A stretch of DNA of 63,648 bases from a bacterium. GTDB taxonomy: Bacteria; Patescibacteriota; Saccharimonadia; UBA4664; JBBRNT01. Under the pieces are notes generated by a model, which made no database searches, was not told the origin of the DNA, and was given only the letters and a program-made list of their open reading frames with translations. A program made the position numbers and the translations under genes. Location of the stretch: contig JAYUFZ010000021.1 of NCBI GenBank assembly GCA_043767845.1, positions 1 through 63,648 of the forward strand, read 5' to 3'. The stretch's first letter is position 1. Each line of letters begins with the position of its first letter. Below are positions 1-9,951 of the stretch, in pieces.

Positions 1-1
1 C

Positions 2-106
2 AACTACGGTAAACGCACAACGCTCCGTTCCCAAGGCGATCTGACTGGCGATGGGGTAGTCAATATCTTTGATCTATCGCAGGTATTGCAGGGGTGGGGT
101 CGATAA
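2..106 (+). CDS. 3' end of a dockerin-tailed protein (partial, runs off window start)
   Basis: Frame from base 2 reads NYGKRTTLRSQGDLTGDGVVNIFDLSQVLQGWGR*, the same C-terminal Ca-binding dockerin repeat as the five downstream genes. Confidence 0.9.
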   Translation, partial: NYGKRTTLRSQGDLTGDGVVNIFDLSQVLQGWGR

Positions 107-158
107 TGAGTATAGACACATTAACGATGATTCTCCGCAGCCCAAGGATTTTCAAGAT

Positions 159-181
159 AGACTCCTCACGGAGTCTTTTTT
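159..181 (+). terminator. Intrinsic terminator after the partial dockerin gene
   Basis: agactcc-tcac-ggagtct followed by a T-run. Confidence 0.75.
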
Positions 182-183
182 CT

Positions 184-212
184 TTGTCACAAGCGCTATG
201 GTAGGCTAGTAT
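184..212 (+). promoter_or_regulatory. Sigma70-type promoter for a leaderless transcript
   Basis: TTGTCA(184-189), 17 nt, TAGTAT(207-212), 7 nt, in-frame ATG at 220. Confidence 0.6.
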
Positions 213-219
213 GCTAGTA

Positions 220-2655
220 ATGGCTGACATGCATCCTAAAAATCACACGAGGACTAGTAAGGCAACTCCATCGAATACCCATGGCCGGCCTCAAGTCTTG
301 GGCCGGGCACGGGTCTTGCGATCTACGCCGTTTGGGCGGCGCGGAATTCTTGTAGCGCTCATTGCGTTGACGGCGGCTTTTGGGGTGTTGGCCGTGTTCC
401 GGAGCCGGGGTGCGACGACAGTCAACTACCAGTCGATTGCCCCATCTAATTTCTGCCCTGATACGGCAGATTACAACCGTACGAAACAGATATGGGCGGC
501 GGGCCAGTACCAGCAATTGAAAGATATGGCTGGCGACCCGGCAGGGAGTAACTGGGGTGACGCAGGCGGCTATTCCGTGCCAGAATCTACGGCTACAGCT
601 ATGGAAATGGCACTCGGCTGCGGCGATACCCAGCTTATCAGTGAGCTTGCTGATGTCTATCTTAACGCTGCAGGTACACTGCAGACGGATACGCTCAATA
701 CGACAGCCAGTAGAATGCGCTGGCAAAACAGCACCCAGGGGGAGCAGTTCCTGAGTTCCCAGCAGTGGTTCTACGGTCTGACAAGAACCTTGACTGTCAT
801 TGCGGCTACTCCAGCTGCACAGCGTACTGAACGCATGAATACCTTTGTCTCGACCTACCGGCCAGTTATTAGTGGCTATTACAAATGCTGGATATGGATA
901 GGCTGTAAAGAGTCGTCTGCCTCTAACTTTCACCCAGCCATCAGCTCCTTCATTAATGAGATGTACGATAATGAGAGCACTAAACTTTTTAAATATGGTT
1001 TTGACGACAGGTACCAGTGGCCGGTTGCAGCTGTGGCGCAGCTCTACATGGCCTACAAAGCCGACCCTTCAACCGTGGACCTCACAGGTAATAACTATGC
1101 TGTTACTGAGGCGCAGATGGTGCAGTTTATTAAAGATTCTGCAAAATTACTAAAACAACGCAGTTATCCTAAGCAGCTGACTAACTTACAGGGTCAAGCA
1201 GTCATAGGCTATGATTTTGACCAGGGTTTTCTAAACGACTACCAGACACAATATTCCGGCTACGAAGGCCCTTGCTTCCCGATTATTGAAGCAGCCGACC
1301 AAGCCAAGGCCAACGCTCTTGCTGGTGTTTTATCATATGGTCAAACAAACTCGTGTCAGACTGGCTACTATGTACCAATACCGCCAGAAGCCAGTTCGGG
1401 CTGGGATTTCTCGCATGCTTGGCGCATAATTCCTCTCTACACATCGATGTATACGGTACGGTCACTGGCTGGCACTGATTTCCCGGTGTACAGTGACATG
1501 CAAAAGCTGACGAATCAACTCGCTTACGCTATATCCAATAAAGATATGAATTACCCTAGGTTTAAAAACTTCTGGGGCGGACAGAATGGCTGGTACAGGC
1601 TGAACTATAGCGGTCGTGTGGGCTTCGGCTACGCACCTTGGGCCTACACGACTGCGTTTATGGAGAACGGTTTTGGGCTGCTAGCCGGCTTTAATCCGGA
1701 CTTGCGTGATATGACCCGACGGATACGCGATCTCTTAACCAGTACAAATGCAACTGACGTCGCCAAAGCACGTGATTATTACGCCTTTACCAGGACCGCT
1801 TTTGATTATACGGCCGATAGCTATAGGGATTACGCGACTAATCCGAATTCCAGGTATTGGTATTATTTCCTCGGTTCCGTTCCTCCGGCAAACTTTACCG
1901 TTGGGAGCGCTCCGGCGCCGACCCCCACCCCAACCGCCACGCCTGTCCCAACGCCGACCCCCACCCCAGCACCCACGGCCACACCGGTCGCGATAGCGGT
2001 TCCGCCGCTCGGCAGTGGCTGTCGTCGTATGGAGGCCGAAACTATGATACTCAGCGGTCCCACAGCCAGCACCTACAACCCTTATTACTCAGCATCGGGC
2101 TATGTAGAAAACTTCGGTGTCGCTGGAGCGTATATTGAAACCAGCCAAAGTATTACTACGCCCGGAACTTACACCATGACACTGCGCTATGGGGCTGGGG
2201 CCGCCGCCACCGACCGGGACATATATATTGATGGCACTAAGGTTACCACTTTGAACCTACCCCAAACCAGCACCTTTGCCAGCTGGGGTACGGCCACATC
2301 CAGTGCATTTGCTTTAAATTCTGGGTCGCACACCATCCGCATCCAGACCGCCGGGGGCGCGTATGCCAACCTAGACTACGGCGACCTATGTCTGGTCGGG
2401 ACCACAGTGACGCCAACGCCAGCGCCGACACCGGCTCCGACACCGACGACGGCCCCGACACCAACACCCATCCCAAATCCCTGCACCAAATCCGGCGATA
2501 CCAATTGCGACGGGAAAGTGAACAATATCGACCTCCAAGCTATCCTCTCCAACTACGGTAAGCGTACCTCGCTGCGTTCTTCTGGTGATCTGACCGGCGA
2601 TGGGGTAGTGAATATCTTTGATTTGTCACAGGTCTTGCAGAATTGGGGGAGATGA
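220..2655 (+). CDS. Secreted protein: signal/TM, unrecognised ~520-aa domain, PT linker, CBM6/CBM35-like beta-sandwich, PT linker, dockerin
   Basis: ORF track 211-2655, start moved to 220 by promoter spacing. Basic N-region plus hydrophobic helix ending FRSRGA; CBM-like 'RRMEAE...YTMTLRYGAG...IYIDG...IRIQT...NLDY'; dockerin loops DTNCDGKVNNID and DLTGDGVVNIFD. Confidence 0.85.
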   Translation: MADMHPKNHTRTSKATPSNTHGRPQVLGRARVLRSTPFGRRGILVALIALTAAFGVLAVFRSRGATTVNYQSIAPSNFCPDTADYNRTKQIWAAGQYQQLKDMAGDPAGSNWGDAGGYSVPESTATAMEMALGCGDTQLISELADVYLNAAGTLQTDTLNTTASRMRWQNSTQGEQFLSSQQWFYGLTRTLTVIAATPAAQRTERMNTFVSTYRPVISGYYKCWIWIGCKESSASNFHPAISSFINEMYDNESTKLFKYGFDDRYQWPVAAVAQLYMAYKADPSTVDLTGNNYAVTEAQMVQFIKDSAKLLKQRSYPKQLTNLQGQAVIGYDFDQGFLNDYQTQYSGYEGPCFPIIEAADQAKANALAGVLSYGQTNSCQTGYYVPIPPEASSGWDFSHAWRIIPLYTSMYTVRSLAGTDFPVYSDMQKLTNQLAYAISNKDMNYPRFKNFWGGQNGWYRLNYSGRVGFGYAPWAYTTAFMENGFGLLAGFNPDLRDMTRRIRDLLTSTNATDVAKARDYYAFTRTAFDYTADSYRDYATNPNSRYWYYFLGSVPPANFTVGSAPAPTPTPTATPVPTPTPTPAPTATPVAIAVPPLGSGCRRMEAETMILSGPTASTYNPYYSASGYVENFGVAGAYIETSQSITTPGTYTMTLRYGAGAAATDRDIYIDGTKVTTLNLPQTSTFASWGTATSSAFALNSGSHTIRIQTAGGAYANLDYGDLCLVGTTVTPTPAPTPAPTPTTAPTPTPIPNPCTKSGDTNCDGKVNNIDLQAILSNYGKRTSLRSSGDLTGDGVVNIFDLSQVLQNWGR

Positions 2656-5093
2656 AAATTATGGTAACTGGCAACCCAAAAAATAACAAAACTATCCGGA
2701 AAACGACCAGCCGAGGTGCAAAATCAGCTAGTCGAATATCGGTTTTATCGTCCATGCCATTTGGCCAGCGTGGGTTGCTCATAGCCTTCGTCATAGTGCT
2801 CGCCACCTTCGGCTTGAGAGTAATATTCAGGAGTAAGGCGGCTGTTTCAAGCTACCAAACCATTGCACCAACTGCATTCTGCCCAGACTCAGCAGACTAT
2901 ACCCGCGTCAAGCAGCTGTGGCCGGCGCTTAAGGATCAATATAAGGCCTGGGCTCCGAGTATGCCGTCGCCGAGCTGGGGCAGTAGTGCCGCTTATGTGT
3001 TGCCAGACTATCTGCTCAGCCCATTAGAAATGGCAGTCGGCTGTTCGGATACCGCAATGATAAGCGATATCGCCGAAATTTATTTGGCCGGATCGCAGTC
3101 CAGTGATTACCAGCCGCTTACAGATACTGACGGTGTGACCCGTCGCTACTGGAAAAGCGCCGAGGGCGAGCCAGATACTTCGGCGGCACAGTGGTATGGT
3201 GCCCTCAGCCGAACCCTAGCCGTGATTGCTGCCACCCCTGCGAGTCAACGAACATCCGTAATGAACCAATATGTCACCACATACAAGAGTACAATAGCTG
3301 GGTTTTACAAAAACCGGCTATACACTGCAACCAACTGGCAGGGTGGGGGCGCTGCCGCGTTTATAAACACCATGATTGCAAGGGACTATCTCAAGGAGGA
3401 TACCTATAGCCCGCCAGCTATTAGCAAATACTTATACGGTTTATCTCAAGTATATCTGGCCTACAAAGCCGACCCGAGTACTATCGACCTCGCGGGCAAC
3501 GGCTATCCACTTAGCGAGGCTACAATTGTCCAGACGCTAAAAGATGGTTCGAGGCTGCTCAAGCAACGCAGTACAGCTACTAATCTTACAAACTTGCAGG
3601 GCCGGCCTGTAACCGGCTATAACTACGAGGTTGGATATTGGCAAAACCTAGCAGATAACCAGTACTCCGAATACGATGGCCCGTGCTATCCGATACTCGA
3701 TGGTCCTACTCAAATGTCACTGGCCAGCAATCTCGCATCGTACCTGTCAAATGGCCAAGTCACGTCTTGCACAACTCCCGGCTATCGCGTCCCGATTGTA
3801 CGTAATTACGAAACCAGTTGGGACACCTCGCACATGTATATACCTATCATGTTTTGGCGGGCAATGTACACCATCCAGCCGCTCATTGGATCGGACTTCC
3901 CAATGTATAGCGACATGCAGAAATATGCCAACCAGCTGGCATATGGTGTATCAAATAAGGATATGAACTTGCCACGATTTAAAAATTATTGGAGTGGCAG
4001 CAACGGCTGGGTGAGGTTAAACTATAGTGCGCCAAATGCGCCCTGGCAAACATCGGCTGCCTTCATGGACAATGGACTAGGTGGTATGCTGGGTGGTTTT
4101 AATCCCGACCTGGTCACTATGACACGGCGGACGCGGGATATTATGAATAGTCCAACGGCAGCCGACCAGGCAGCTACTAAGTTCAATTATTCAGTTAAGG
4201 CTACTGACAAGGGTACAGCAGCTGAAGGCACGTTCAATATTTTAGAACCATATTATCGTAATTATGAAACTCCAAGTTCTTACTACTGGTTCCTTTTTCT
4301 CTCCTCCATTCCCCCAGCTAACTTTGTTGCACCCAATGGTAGTGGGGCAACGCCTGTGCCAACGCCGGTTCTGACGCCTGTGCCTACCGCAACGCCTGCC
4401 CCAAGCGCTCAGATTGTCCCAACGCTTGCTGTTGGCTGTCGTCGGATTGAGGCCGAGGGAATGGTTCGCGGGGCTGGCCCGACGCTTACTACTCAAAATC
4501 CGTACTATTCGAGCACTGGCTACGTTGAGAATTACGGGCCAGCAGGAGCTTACGTAGAAACGACCTATCTGGCGGCTAATGGTGGGACCTACAATTTTAC
4601 TCTGCGCTATGGGGCTGGCTATGGTGATACTAGCCGCGATGTATATCTTGATGGCACCAAGCTAACAAGCCTGCTGCTTACGGACAGTGGTTCATTCGCC
4701 ATCTGGACTACTGCCACGACCAGCCCGTTGCAATTGAGTGCCAGCACTCACACCATTCGCTTCCAAGTACCAGGCGGCACATATGCCAACCTCGACTATG
4801 TCGATGTCTGCCCCGTGAGCGTTGCAACACCTACACCGCCACCGACAGCAGCTCCAACTCCGACAGCAACTCCTGCTCTTACCCCAAGTCCCACACCAAC
4901 TTCAACACCGCTTCCCGTCTGTACTAAGTCTGGCGACGCCAACTGTGATGGCCGCGTAAACACGCTTGACCTTCAGGCTGTACTCTCCAGCTACGGCAAA
5001 CGCACAACCCTTCGTTCCCAGGGCGACCTAACCGGCGATGGGGTAGTCAACGTATTCGATCTCTCGCAGGTATTGCAGAACTGGGGCAAGTAA
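2652..5093 (+). CDS. Paralogous secreted protein: unknown domain, CBM6/35-like module, dockerin
   Basis: ATG 2652 overlaps the previous TGA (ATGA). Shares FCPD..DY, GC.D, D.SH and F.N.W.G.NGW.RLNY motifs and the RRIEAE CBM-like module with the first gene; dockerin DANCDGRVNTLD/DLTGDGVVNVFD. Confidence 0.85.
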   Translation: MKIMVTGNPKNNKTIRKTTSRGAKSASRISVLSSMPFGQRGLLIAFVIVLATFGLRVIFRSKAAVSSYQTIAPTAFCPDSADYTRVKQLWPALKDQYKAWAPSMPSPSWGSSAAYVLPDYLLSPLEMAVGCSDTAMISDIAEIYLAGSQSSDYQPLTDTDGVTRRYWKSAEGEPDTSAAQWYGALSRTLAVIAATPASQRTSVMNQYVTTYKSTIAGFYKNRLYTATNWQGGGAAAFINTMIARDYLKEDTYSPPAISKYLYGLSQVYLAYKADPSTIDLAGNGYPLSEATIVQTLKDGSRLLKQRSTATNLTNLQGRPVTGYNYEVGYWQNLADNQYSEYDGPCYPILDGPTQMSLASNLASYLSNGQVTSCTTPGYRVPIVRNYETSWDTSHMYIPIMFWRAMYTIQPLIGSDFPMYSDMQKYANQLAYGVSNKDMNLPRFKNYWSGSNGWVRLNYSAPNAPWQTSAAFMDNGLGGMLGGFNPDLVTMTRRTRDIMNSPTAADQAATKFNYSVKATDKGTAAEGTFNILEPYYRNYETPSSYYWFLFLSSIPPANFVAPNGSGATPVPTPVLTPVPTATPAPSAQIVPTLAVGCRRIEAEGMVRGAGPTLTTQNPYYSSTGYVENYGPAGAYVETTYLAANGGTYNFTLRYGAGYGDTSRDVYLDGTKLTSLLLTDSGSFAIWTTATTSPLQLSASTHTIRFQVPGGTYANLDYVDVCPVSVATPTPPPTAAPTPTATPALTPSPTPTSTPLPVCTKSGDANCDGRVNTLDLQAVLSSYGKRTTLRSQGDLTGDGVVNVFDLSQVLQNWGK
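4991..5086 (+). repeat. 96-bp perfect direct repeat, copy 1 (dockerin second half)
   Basis: Base-for-base identical to 7451-7546. Confidence 0.9.
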
Positions 5094-5181
5094 AGTGTAT
5101 AAACACTTTACTTGTATGACCATGTTTGATAGCGGAAGCTCTATTTATCGCTTCTCTACAGCTCTGTAGCGGCCTACTCGA

Positions 5182-5210
5182 TTGACGCAGCGTCACTGAA
5201 AGCATAAGCT
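5182..5210 (+). promoter_or_regulatory. Leaderless promoter
   Basis: TTGACG(5182-87), 17 nt, TAAGCT(5205-10), 6 nt, ATG 5217. Confidence 0.6.
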
Positions 5211-5216
5211 CTATAT

Positions 5217-7553
5217 ATGAAAGCTAAGCCCAAGTATATACGCGGCGGGCGCACATCCAAATCCGCTTTATTGGACAACGCCCGATTCAGCCGCCCGACT
5301 GTACTAGCCGCCGGCCTAATGGCCTCAGTGATTGGTATTTTTGTGGTGCTGAGGATTTTCGCCGCCTCGCCAATTAGTATTGCACCAGCCGGCTTCTGCC
5401 CAGAGGCAGGCGATTATACGCGTGTTCAACAAAGTTGGGCCACGAGTATGTACGCTCAAAACAAAGCCTACGCCGGCGATCCAGCCGGTACCGATTGGGG
5501 TAACGCCGCCGGCTACAATGTGCCAAGCGAAGTCAGCACGCTACTGGAAGCCGCGATTAGCTGCAAAGATAATAAAATGATTAGCGAAATAGCTGATGTG
5601 TACCTTAATGCGGCGGGTAGCCTGACGCCAGATAGCAATAATGCCGACCCCCGGCTGAAATGGGCAAATGCTACGCAAGGCGAACAATTTCTCAGCTCAC
5701 AACAGTGGTTTTATGGGCTGGCTAGGATGCTTGCGACGGTTGCTGCAATACCAGCCGCCGAGCGAACCGAACGCATGAACACCTTTGTGTCTACTTATCG
5801 GAGCGTTATCGCCGGCTATTACAAATGTTGGATTTGGGCTGGCTGCCAGGAATTTTCCGCGTCGTATCGGGTCCCGCCTTTAGCTACCTTCGTGAATACT
5901 ATGTATGATAACGTCGCCGACAAAAGTACCAATAAGTATGCCCTCGACGACCGCTATCAATGGCCAATGGCCGCCGTACCGCAGCTCTATCTTGCATTTA
6001 AAAACGACCCAACCGTGCTCGATACGGCCCAATATGCAATCACGGAAGCCCAGATGGCGCAATACATCAAAGATTCGGCTCGCCTGCTCAAGCAACGCAG
6101 CGTACCTGAACAGATCACCAATATGGCTGGCCAAACAGTGACTGGCTACAACTTTGACCCGGGCTTTTGGCGCGACTTGTCAGACAATCAATACTCAGGT
6201 TATAACGGCTACTGCTTCCCGATTATTGAGGCTGCCGATCAGACGGCTGCAAATGAGCTAGCTCGGGTTCTCTCAAAAGGGAGCGTCACGTCCTGCCAAA
6301 CGGGCTATGTAGTGCCGGTACCTCAAGATGACCGAACTTCCATGGACTTACCGCATGCTTGGCGATTTATCCCGATGTATACATCGCTCTACACAGTGCA
6401 ACCATTAGTCGGCAGCGATTTCCCAATGCTCAGCGATATGCAGAAGCTTGCCAACCAAGTGGCCTATGTGGTGTCGAACAAGGATGCAAACTATCCCAAG
6501 TTTCATAATTACTTTAGCGGTAGCAACGGCTGGTACCGCCCGAATTATGGTAATAATATTGGCTTTGGATTTGCGCCTTGGATGGCGGGGGCCAGCTTTG
6601 CTGACCAAGGCTGGGGACTGTTGTCGGCTTTCAACCCCGACCTGCGCGATATGACCCGGCGGGTGCGGGATATACTCAACAGCTCGTCACCATCGGACGC
6701 CGCCTTTGCCAACGATTATTATGCTATTACTTGGATATCCAAAGGTTTCACTATAAACGGCTATAAAGACTATGCGAGCAACCCGACGTCCCGCTATTGG
6801 GCGCACTTCTTAGCCTCGGTAGCACCAGCCGGATTTACTTTGGGAAATGTCACGACTCCCGTGCCAACTGCGACCCCCGCACCCACATCTTCGCCATCAC
6901 CAGCAGTCATTTTGAGCAATCCGGCCGCTGGATCAACGATTAGCGGCACTATCGCCAACCCTATGGCCAGTGTGTCGAATCTCGCAGGTGTTTCGAGCGT
7001 CCAATTCCTGCTCGATGGTAACTCGCGACGCTCCGAATCCACAGCCCCATATTGCGCCCTGGCCTACGGCGATGACGGTACGACCTGCGCCGGCAGCTGG
7101 GATACGCACTTTGACTTGCCGGATGCCAGCGCGTCGGCCTACTCACAATCGAGTGTGCCGATGCCAAACGGTGCACATGTCATTACAGTACGTGTCCTCT
7201 CGAGCACTGGCGCAACACTGCTGGAACAAAATACCAGTTTCACCGTGAATAATCTTGCCTCACCGCCAACAACTCCACTTCCGACAGCCACTCCTGTTCC
7301 CACGCCATCGCCGACAGTCCCTCCGACGAGCACTCCGGCGCCGACTTCTACGCCTTCACCGACCAATACCCCGCTCGTATGTACAAAGCTTGGTGACGTG
7401 AATTGTGACGGAAAAACTAATAACTCCGACTTACATATCGTGCTAGCCAACTACGGCAAACGCACAACCCTTCGTTCCCAGGGCGACCTAACCGGCGATG
7501 GGGTAGTCAACGTATTCGATCTCTCGCAGGTATTGCAGAACTGGGGTAAATGA
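5217..7553 (+). CDS. Third paralog: unknown domain, bacterial Ig-like module, dockerin
   Basis: N-terminal domain closely matches the 220-2655 protein (EQFLSSQQWFYGL, YYKCWIW.GC, DDRYQWP). Ig-like 'LSNPAAGSTISG...VSSVQFLLDG...NGAHVITVR...FTVNN'; C-terminal dockerin. Confidence 0.85.
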   Translation: MKAKPKYIRGGRTSKSALLDNARFSRPTVLAAGLMASVIGIFVVLRIFAASPISIAPAGFCPEAGDYTRVQQSWATSMYAQNKAYAGDPAGTDWGNAAGYNVPSEVSTLLEAAISCKDNKMISEIADVYLNAAGSLTPDSNNADPRLKWANATQGEQFLSSQQWFYGLARMLATVAAIPAAERTERMNTFVSTYRSVIAGYYKCWIWAGCQEFSASYRVPPLATFVNTMYDNVADKSTNKYALDDRYQWPMAAVPQLYLAFKNDPTVLDTAQYAITEAQMAQYIKDSARLLKQRSVPEQITNMAGQTVTGYNFDPGFWRDLSDNQYSGYNGYCFPIIEAADQTAANELARVLSKGSVTSCQTGYVVPVPQDDRTSMDLPHAWRFIPMYTSLYTVQPLVGSDFPMLSDMQKLANQVAYVVSNKDANYPKFHNYFSGSNGWYRPNYGNNIGFGFAPWMAGASFADQGWGLLSAFNPDLRDMTRRVRDILNSSSPSDAAFANDYYAITWISKGFTINGYKDYASNPTSRYWAHFLASVAPAGFTLGNVTTPVPTATPAPTSSPSPAVILSNPAAGSTISGTIANPMASVSNLAGVSSVQFLLDGNSRRSESTAPYCALAYGDDGTTCAGSWDTHFDLPDASASAYSQSSVPMPNGAHVITVRVLSSTGATLLEQNTSFTVNNLASPPTTPLPTATPVPTPSPTVPPTSTPAPTSTPSPTNTPLVCTKLGDVNCDGKTNNSDLHIVLANYGKRTTLRSQGDLTGDGVVNVFDLSQVLQNWGK
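7451..7546 (+). repeat. 96-bp perfect direct repeat, copy 2
   Basis: Base-for-base identical to 4991-5086. Confidence 0.9.
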
Positions 7554-9793
7554 CCGTGCCTAAATCTAAAGCAGGAAAACGGACCGAGCCATCCGCAGCG
7601 CCAAAGAAATTTCGTCCAAACTTGATCAAACCGTTCAGCAAGCATTCCTATGTTTATATCCTGATCGTGCTATTCGTGAGTTTTGGCCTATTCGCCATAT
7701 TTCGCAGCCGAGCAGCAGGCAATACAGTAACAGACGCGCCGTATTGCTCTTCCAAGGATACAATTCAAGCCAACGCCCTGTACCTGTCGTCATCTGGTAA
7801 TAATTCCAATCCTGGCACTTTTACGGCGCCTAAGTTTGATCTGCAAGGCTGGACGCCAGAAGCCGGAAAAACCATCTATCTGCGAGGGGGGAGTTATGCG
7901 AATTTCAATGCCGTGTTGTGGGGTCGAACGGTCACCGGAGCTACGAATAACATTGTCATTAGAAATTATCCTGGCGAGCTGCCGATACTGGCTGGAGGTG
8001 CTTCGTTCATGTCGCTTCAATCCTCGTCGGCTCACGACATCGTCGTGCATGGACTCTATTTTCAGTCCTACACCGACTCGGTTATATCCGGTGTAGCTGA
8101 CGGCCCGGCTGGTGGTTTACCGGGCAGGGCCGGGGGCCCGTACAATGTAACTATCGAATGCAGTACGTTTTACCGCACCACATCGGGCCATGGTATATAC
8201 CTCAGCGGTTATGGCGACGTCTATGATGCCGCCAGCAAATTGGCAAATCGTGTACATGATTGGACTATTAAATATAACAATTTTGACGGGCAAGACGATG
8301 CTGCTCCGTGGTACGTTGACGCGCTTGGCGTCAAGCACACCCTAGCCGGCATCCACGGATACCATGTCAACGACGCCTACAATATCCAGATCGACCACAA
8401 CCAGTTTAGCCAAAACCATTATGGTATTCTGGTCTCTACCGATGGACAGAATAATTGGACGATCGAGAACAATTCGTTCTACAACAACACCGTCGCTATG
8501 GGGGTCACTGATTACACAGAACGATGCCCCTATTTGAACGACCCAAACGACCCAAATTCCGGGCGCTGCATGAACTGGACCGACTTTCACGACGTCATAA
8601 TTCGCAAGAATGTGGTGCATTCACTGGCTGGGCAAGTTGCCTTCAAGGCCGAGTCGACCTGGCTGTACAATCAAATGCTCACTTCGGCACCCTATCCAAA
8701 ACCGCTGGCATTCATAGAATCGAATAATACCTTTTACGGCGGATCGTGCCTGGTGCGCTGGAATGGGGTGGCGGGCAGCGCAGGCACTTGCTTCACCGAC
8801 CTATCTTCCTATCAATCGGCGCTCAACGGGCTGGGAGCGCCGATTGATCCGGCTCAAGGCAGTGGCGACTTGGCAATCGACCCGCAGTTTGTGGATGCTG
8901 CACAGGGTAACTTTACGACCAATAACGCCCAAATTAATGCCAACGGTTGGGGGTGCTGCTCAGTTGGCGGTCCCATAGCTACACCAACGCCTTCTCCAGC
9001 CCCATCTCCCATTACACCGACTCCCACGCCGACTCCGGCGGGTATCACAAATGTTCCATGCACTGCCAGCTGCCTATGGCCTGTTTCGCTTGCACCGGCC
9101 AGTGAGCTCTCAGCTGGCCAAGCTGTAACCGTCGGCGTTCGTTGGTCTTCGTCTGCGCCGGGCGCTGTCACGGCAATTCGTTGGTACAAATCGCCGGGAG
9201 ATAGTGGCCAGCATACCGTGAGCCTGTGGTCGAGCGGTGGCGGGCTCTTGTCTCAAGCGACATCTACCGCAGAGACTTCAGCCGGTTGGCAGCAAACTGG
9301 TCTCGCTTCACCCATCAACATTGCGGCGCAGTCCATGTACGTAGCTTCCGTTTTCAACCCTACAGGTGCCTTTAGCTACACGACGGGGGGACTGGCCGCA
9401 GCTCAAACGACTGGCCCATTGACCGCACCAAATAGCGTAAATGGCATATATAGCTATGGCACCTCAGCCACTTTCCCGACCCTTAGCTACCAAGCTACTA
9501 ATTATTTTGTCGATGTTGCCTTTAGTGCTTCGATTGCTACCCCTACACCTGCTCCGACGGTCGTGCCGACTCCCGCGCCAACACCCACTCCGACGCCTGT
9601 ACCAACACCGCTTCCTTCCTGCACCAAGTCTGGCGATGCTAACTGTGATGGTCGCGTAAACTCGCTCGACCTCCAAGCTGTACTTTCGAATTACGGCAAG
9701 CGCACAACCATTCGTGGATCGGGCGATCTAACTGGTGATGGGGTAGTCAACGTATTCGACCTCTCGCAGGTTTTACGGAACTGGGGCAAATAA
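7550..9793 (+). CDS. Secreted right-handed beta-helix (pectin-lyase-like) protein with DUF4082-like module and dockerin
   Basis: 'LYLSSSGNNSNPGT...GKTIYLRGGSY' opening and 'I.I.NN.F' coils typical of parallel beta-helices; 'VTVGVRW...GAVTAIRWYK...HTVSLWS..G.LL...GWQ' matches DUF4082; dockerin at C-terminus; ATGA overlap with upstream stop. Confidence 0.8.
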   Translation: MTVPKSKAGKRTEPSAAPKKFRPNLIKPFSKHSYVYILIVLFVSFGLFAIFRSRAAGNTVTDAPYCSSKDTIQANALYLSSSGNNSNPGTFTAPKFDLQGWTPEAGKTIYLRGGSYANFNAVLWGRTVTGATNNIVIRNYPGELPILAGGASFMSLQSSSAHDIVVHGLYFQSYTDSVISGVADGPAGGLPGRAGGPYNVTIECSTFYRTTSGHGIYLSGYGDVYDAASKLANRVHDWTIKYNNFDGQDDAAPWYVDALGVKHTLAGIHGYHVNDAYNIQIDHNQFSQNHYGILVSTDGQNNWTIENNSFYNNTVAMGVTDYTERCPYLNDPNDPNSGRCMNWTDFHDVIIRKNVVHSLAGQVAFKAESTWLYNQMLTSAPYPKPLAFIESNNTFYGGSCLVRWNGVAGSAGTCFTDLSSYQSALNGLGAPIDPAQGSGDLAIDPQFVDAAQGNFTTNNAQINANGWGCCSVGGPIATPTPSPAPSPITPTPTPTPAGITNVPCTASCLWPVSLAPASELSAGQAVTVGVRWSSSAPGAVTAIRWYKSPGDSGQHTVSLWSSGGGLLSQATSTAETSAGWQQTGLASPINIAAQSMYVASVFNPTGAFSYTTGGLAAAQTTGPLTAPNSVNGIYSYGTSATFPTLSYQATNYFVDVAFSASIATPTPAPTVVPTPAPTPTPTPVPTPLPSCTKSGDANCDGRVNSLDLQAVLSNYGKRTTIRGSGDLTGDGVVNVFDLSQVLRNWGK

Positions 9794-9914
9794 CCCCGCC
9801 TATGCGGGGTTATTTGTATGACCACTCGCAAAGCTCTATTTATAACTTTGGTAGCCTTAGGCACGCTACTTCTAAGACAGTGGCCAATAGCTAAATCTCC
9901 ATCTGCAGCGTCCG

Positions 9915-9943
9915 TTGACCTCGCCCCAACAAAAGCATAAGCT
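9915..9943 (+). promoter_or_regulatory. Leaderless promoter, homologous to the 5182 promoter
   Basis: TTGACC(9915-20), 17 nt, TAAGCT(9938-43), 8 nt, ATG 9952; shares AAAGCATAAGCT with the 5182 promoter. Confidence 0.6.
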
Positions 9944-9951
9944 GTATTTAT

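Noticed and set aside
4991-7546. Dockerin 3' repeats as a DGR template/variable repeat pair
   Set aside because: The two closest copies are identical, differences among the others are not adenine-specific, all copies are inside coding genes, and no reverse transcriptase is in the window.
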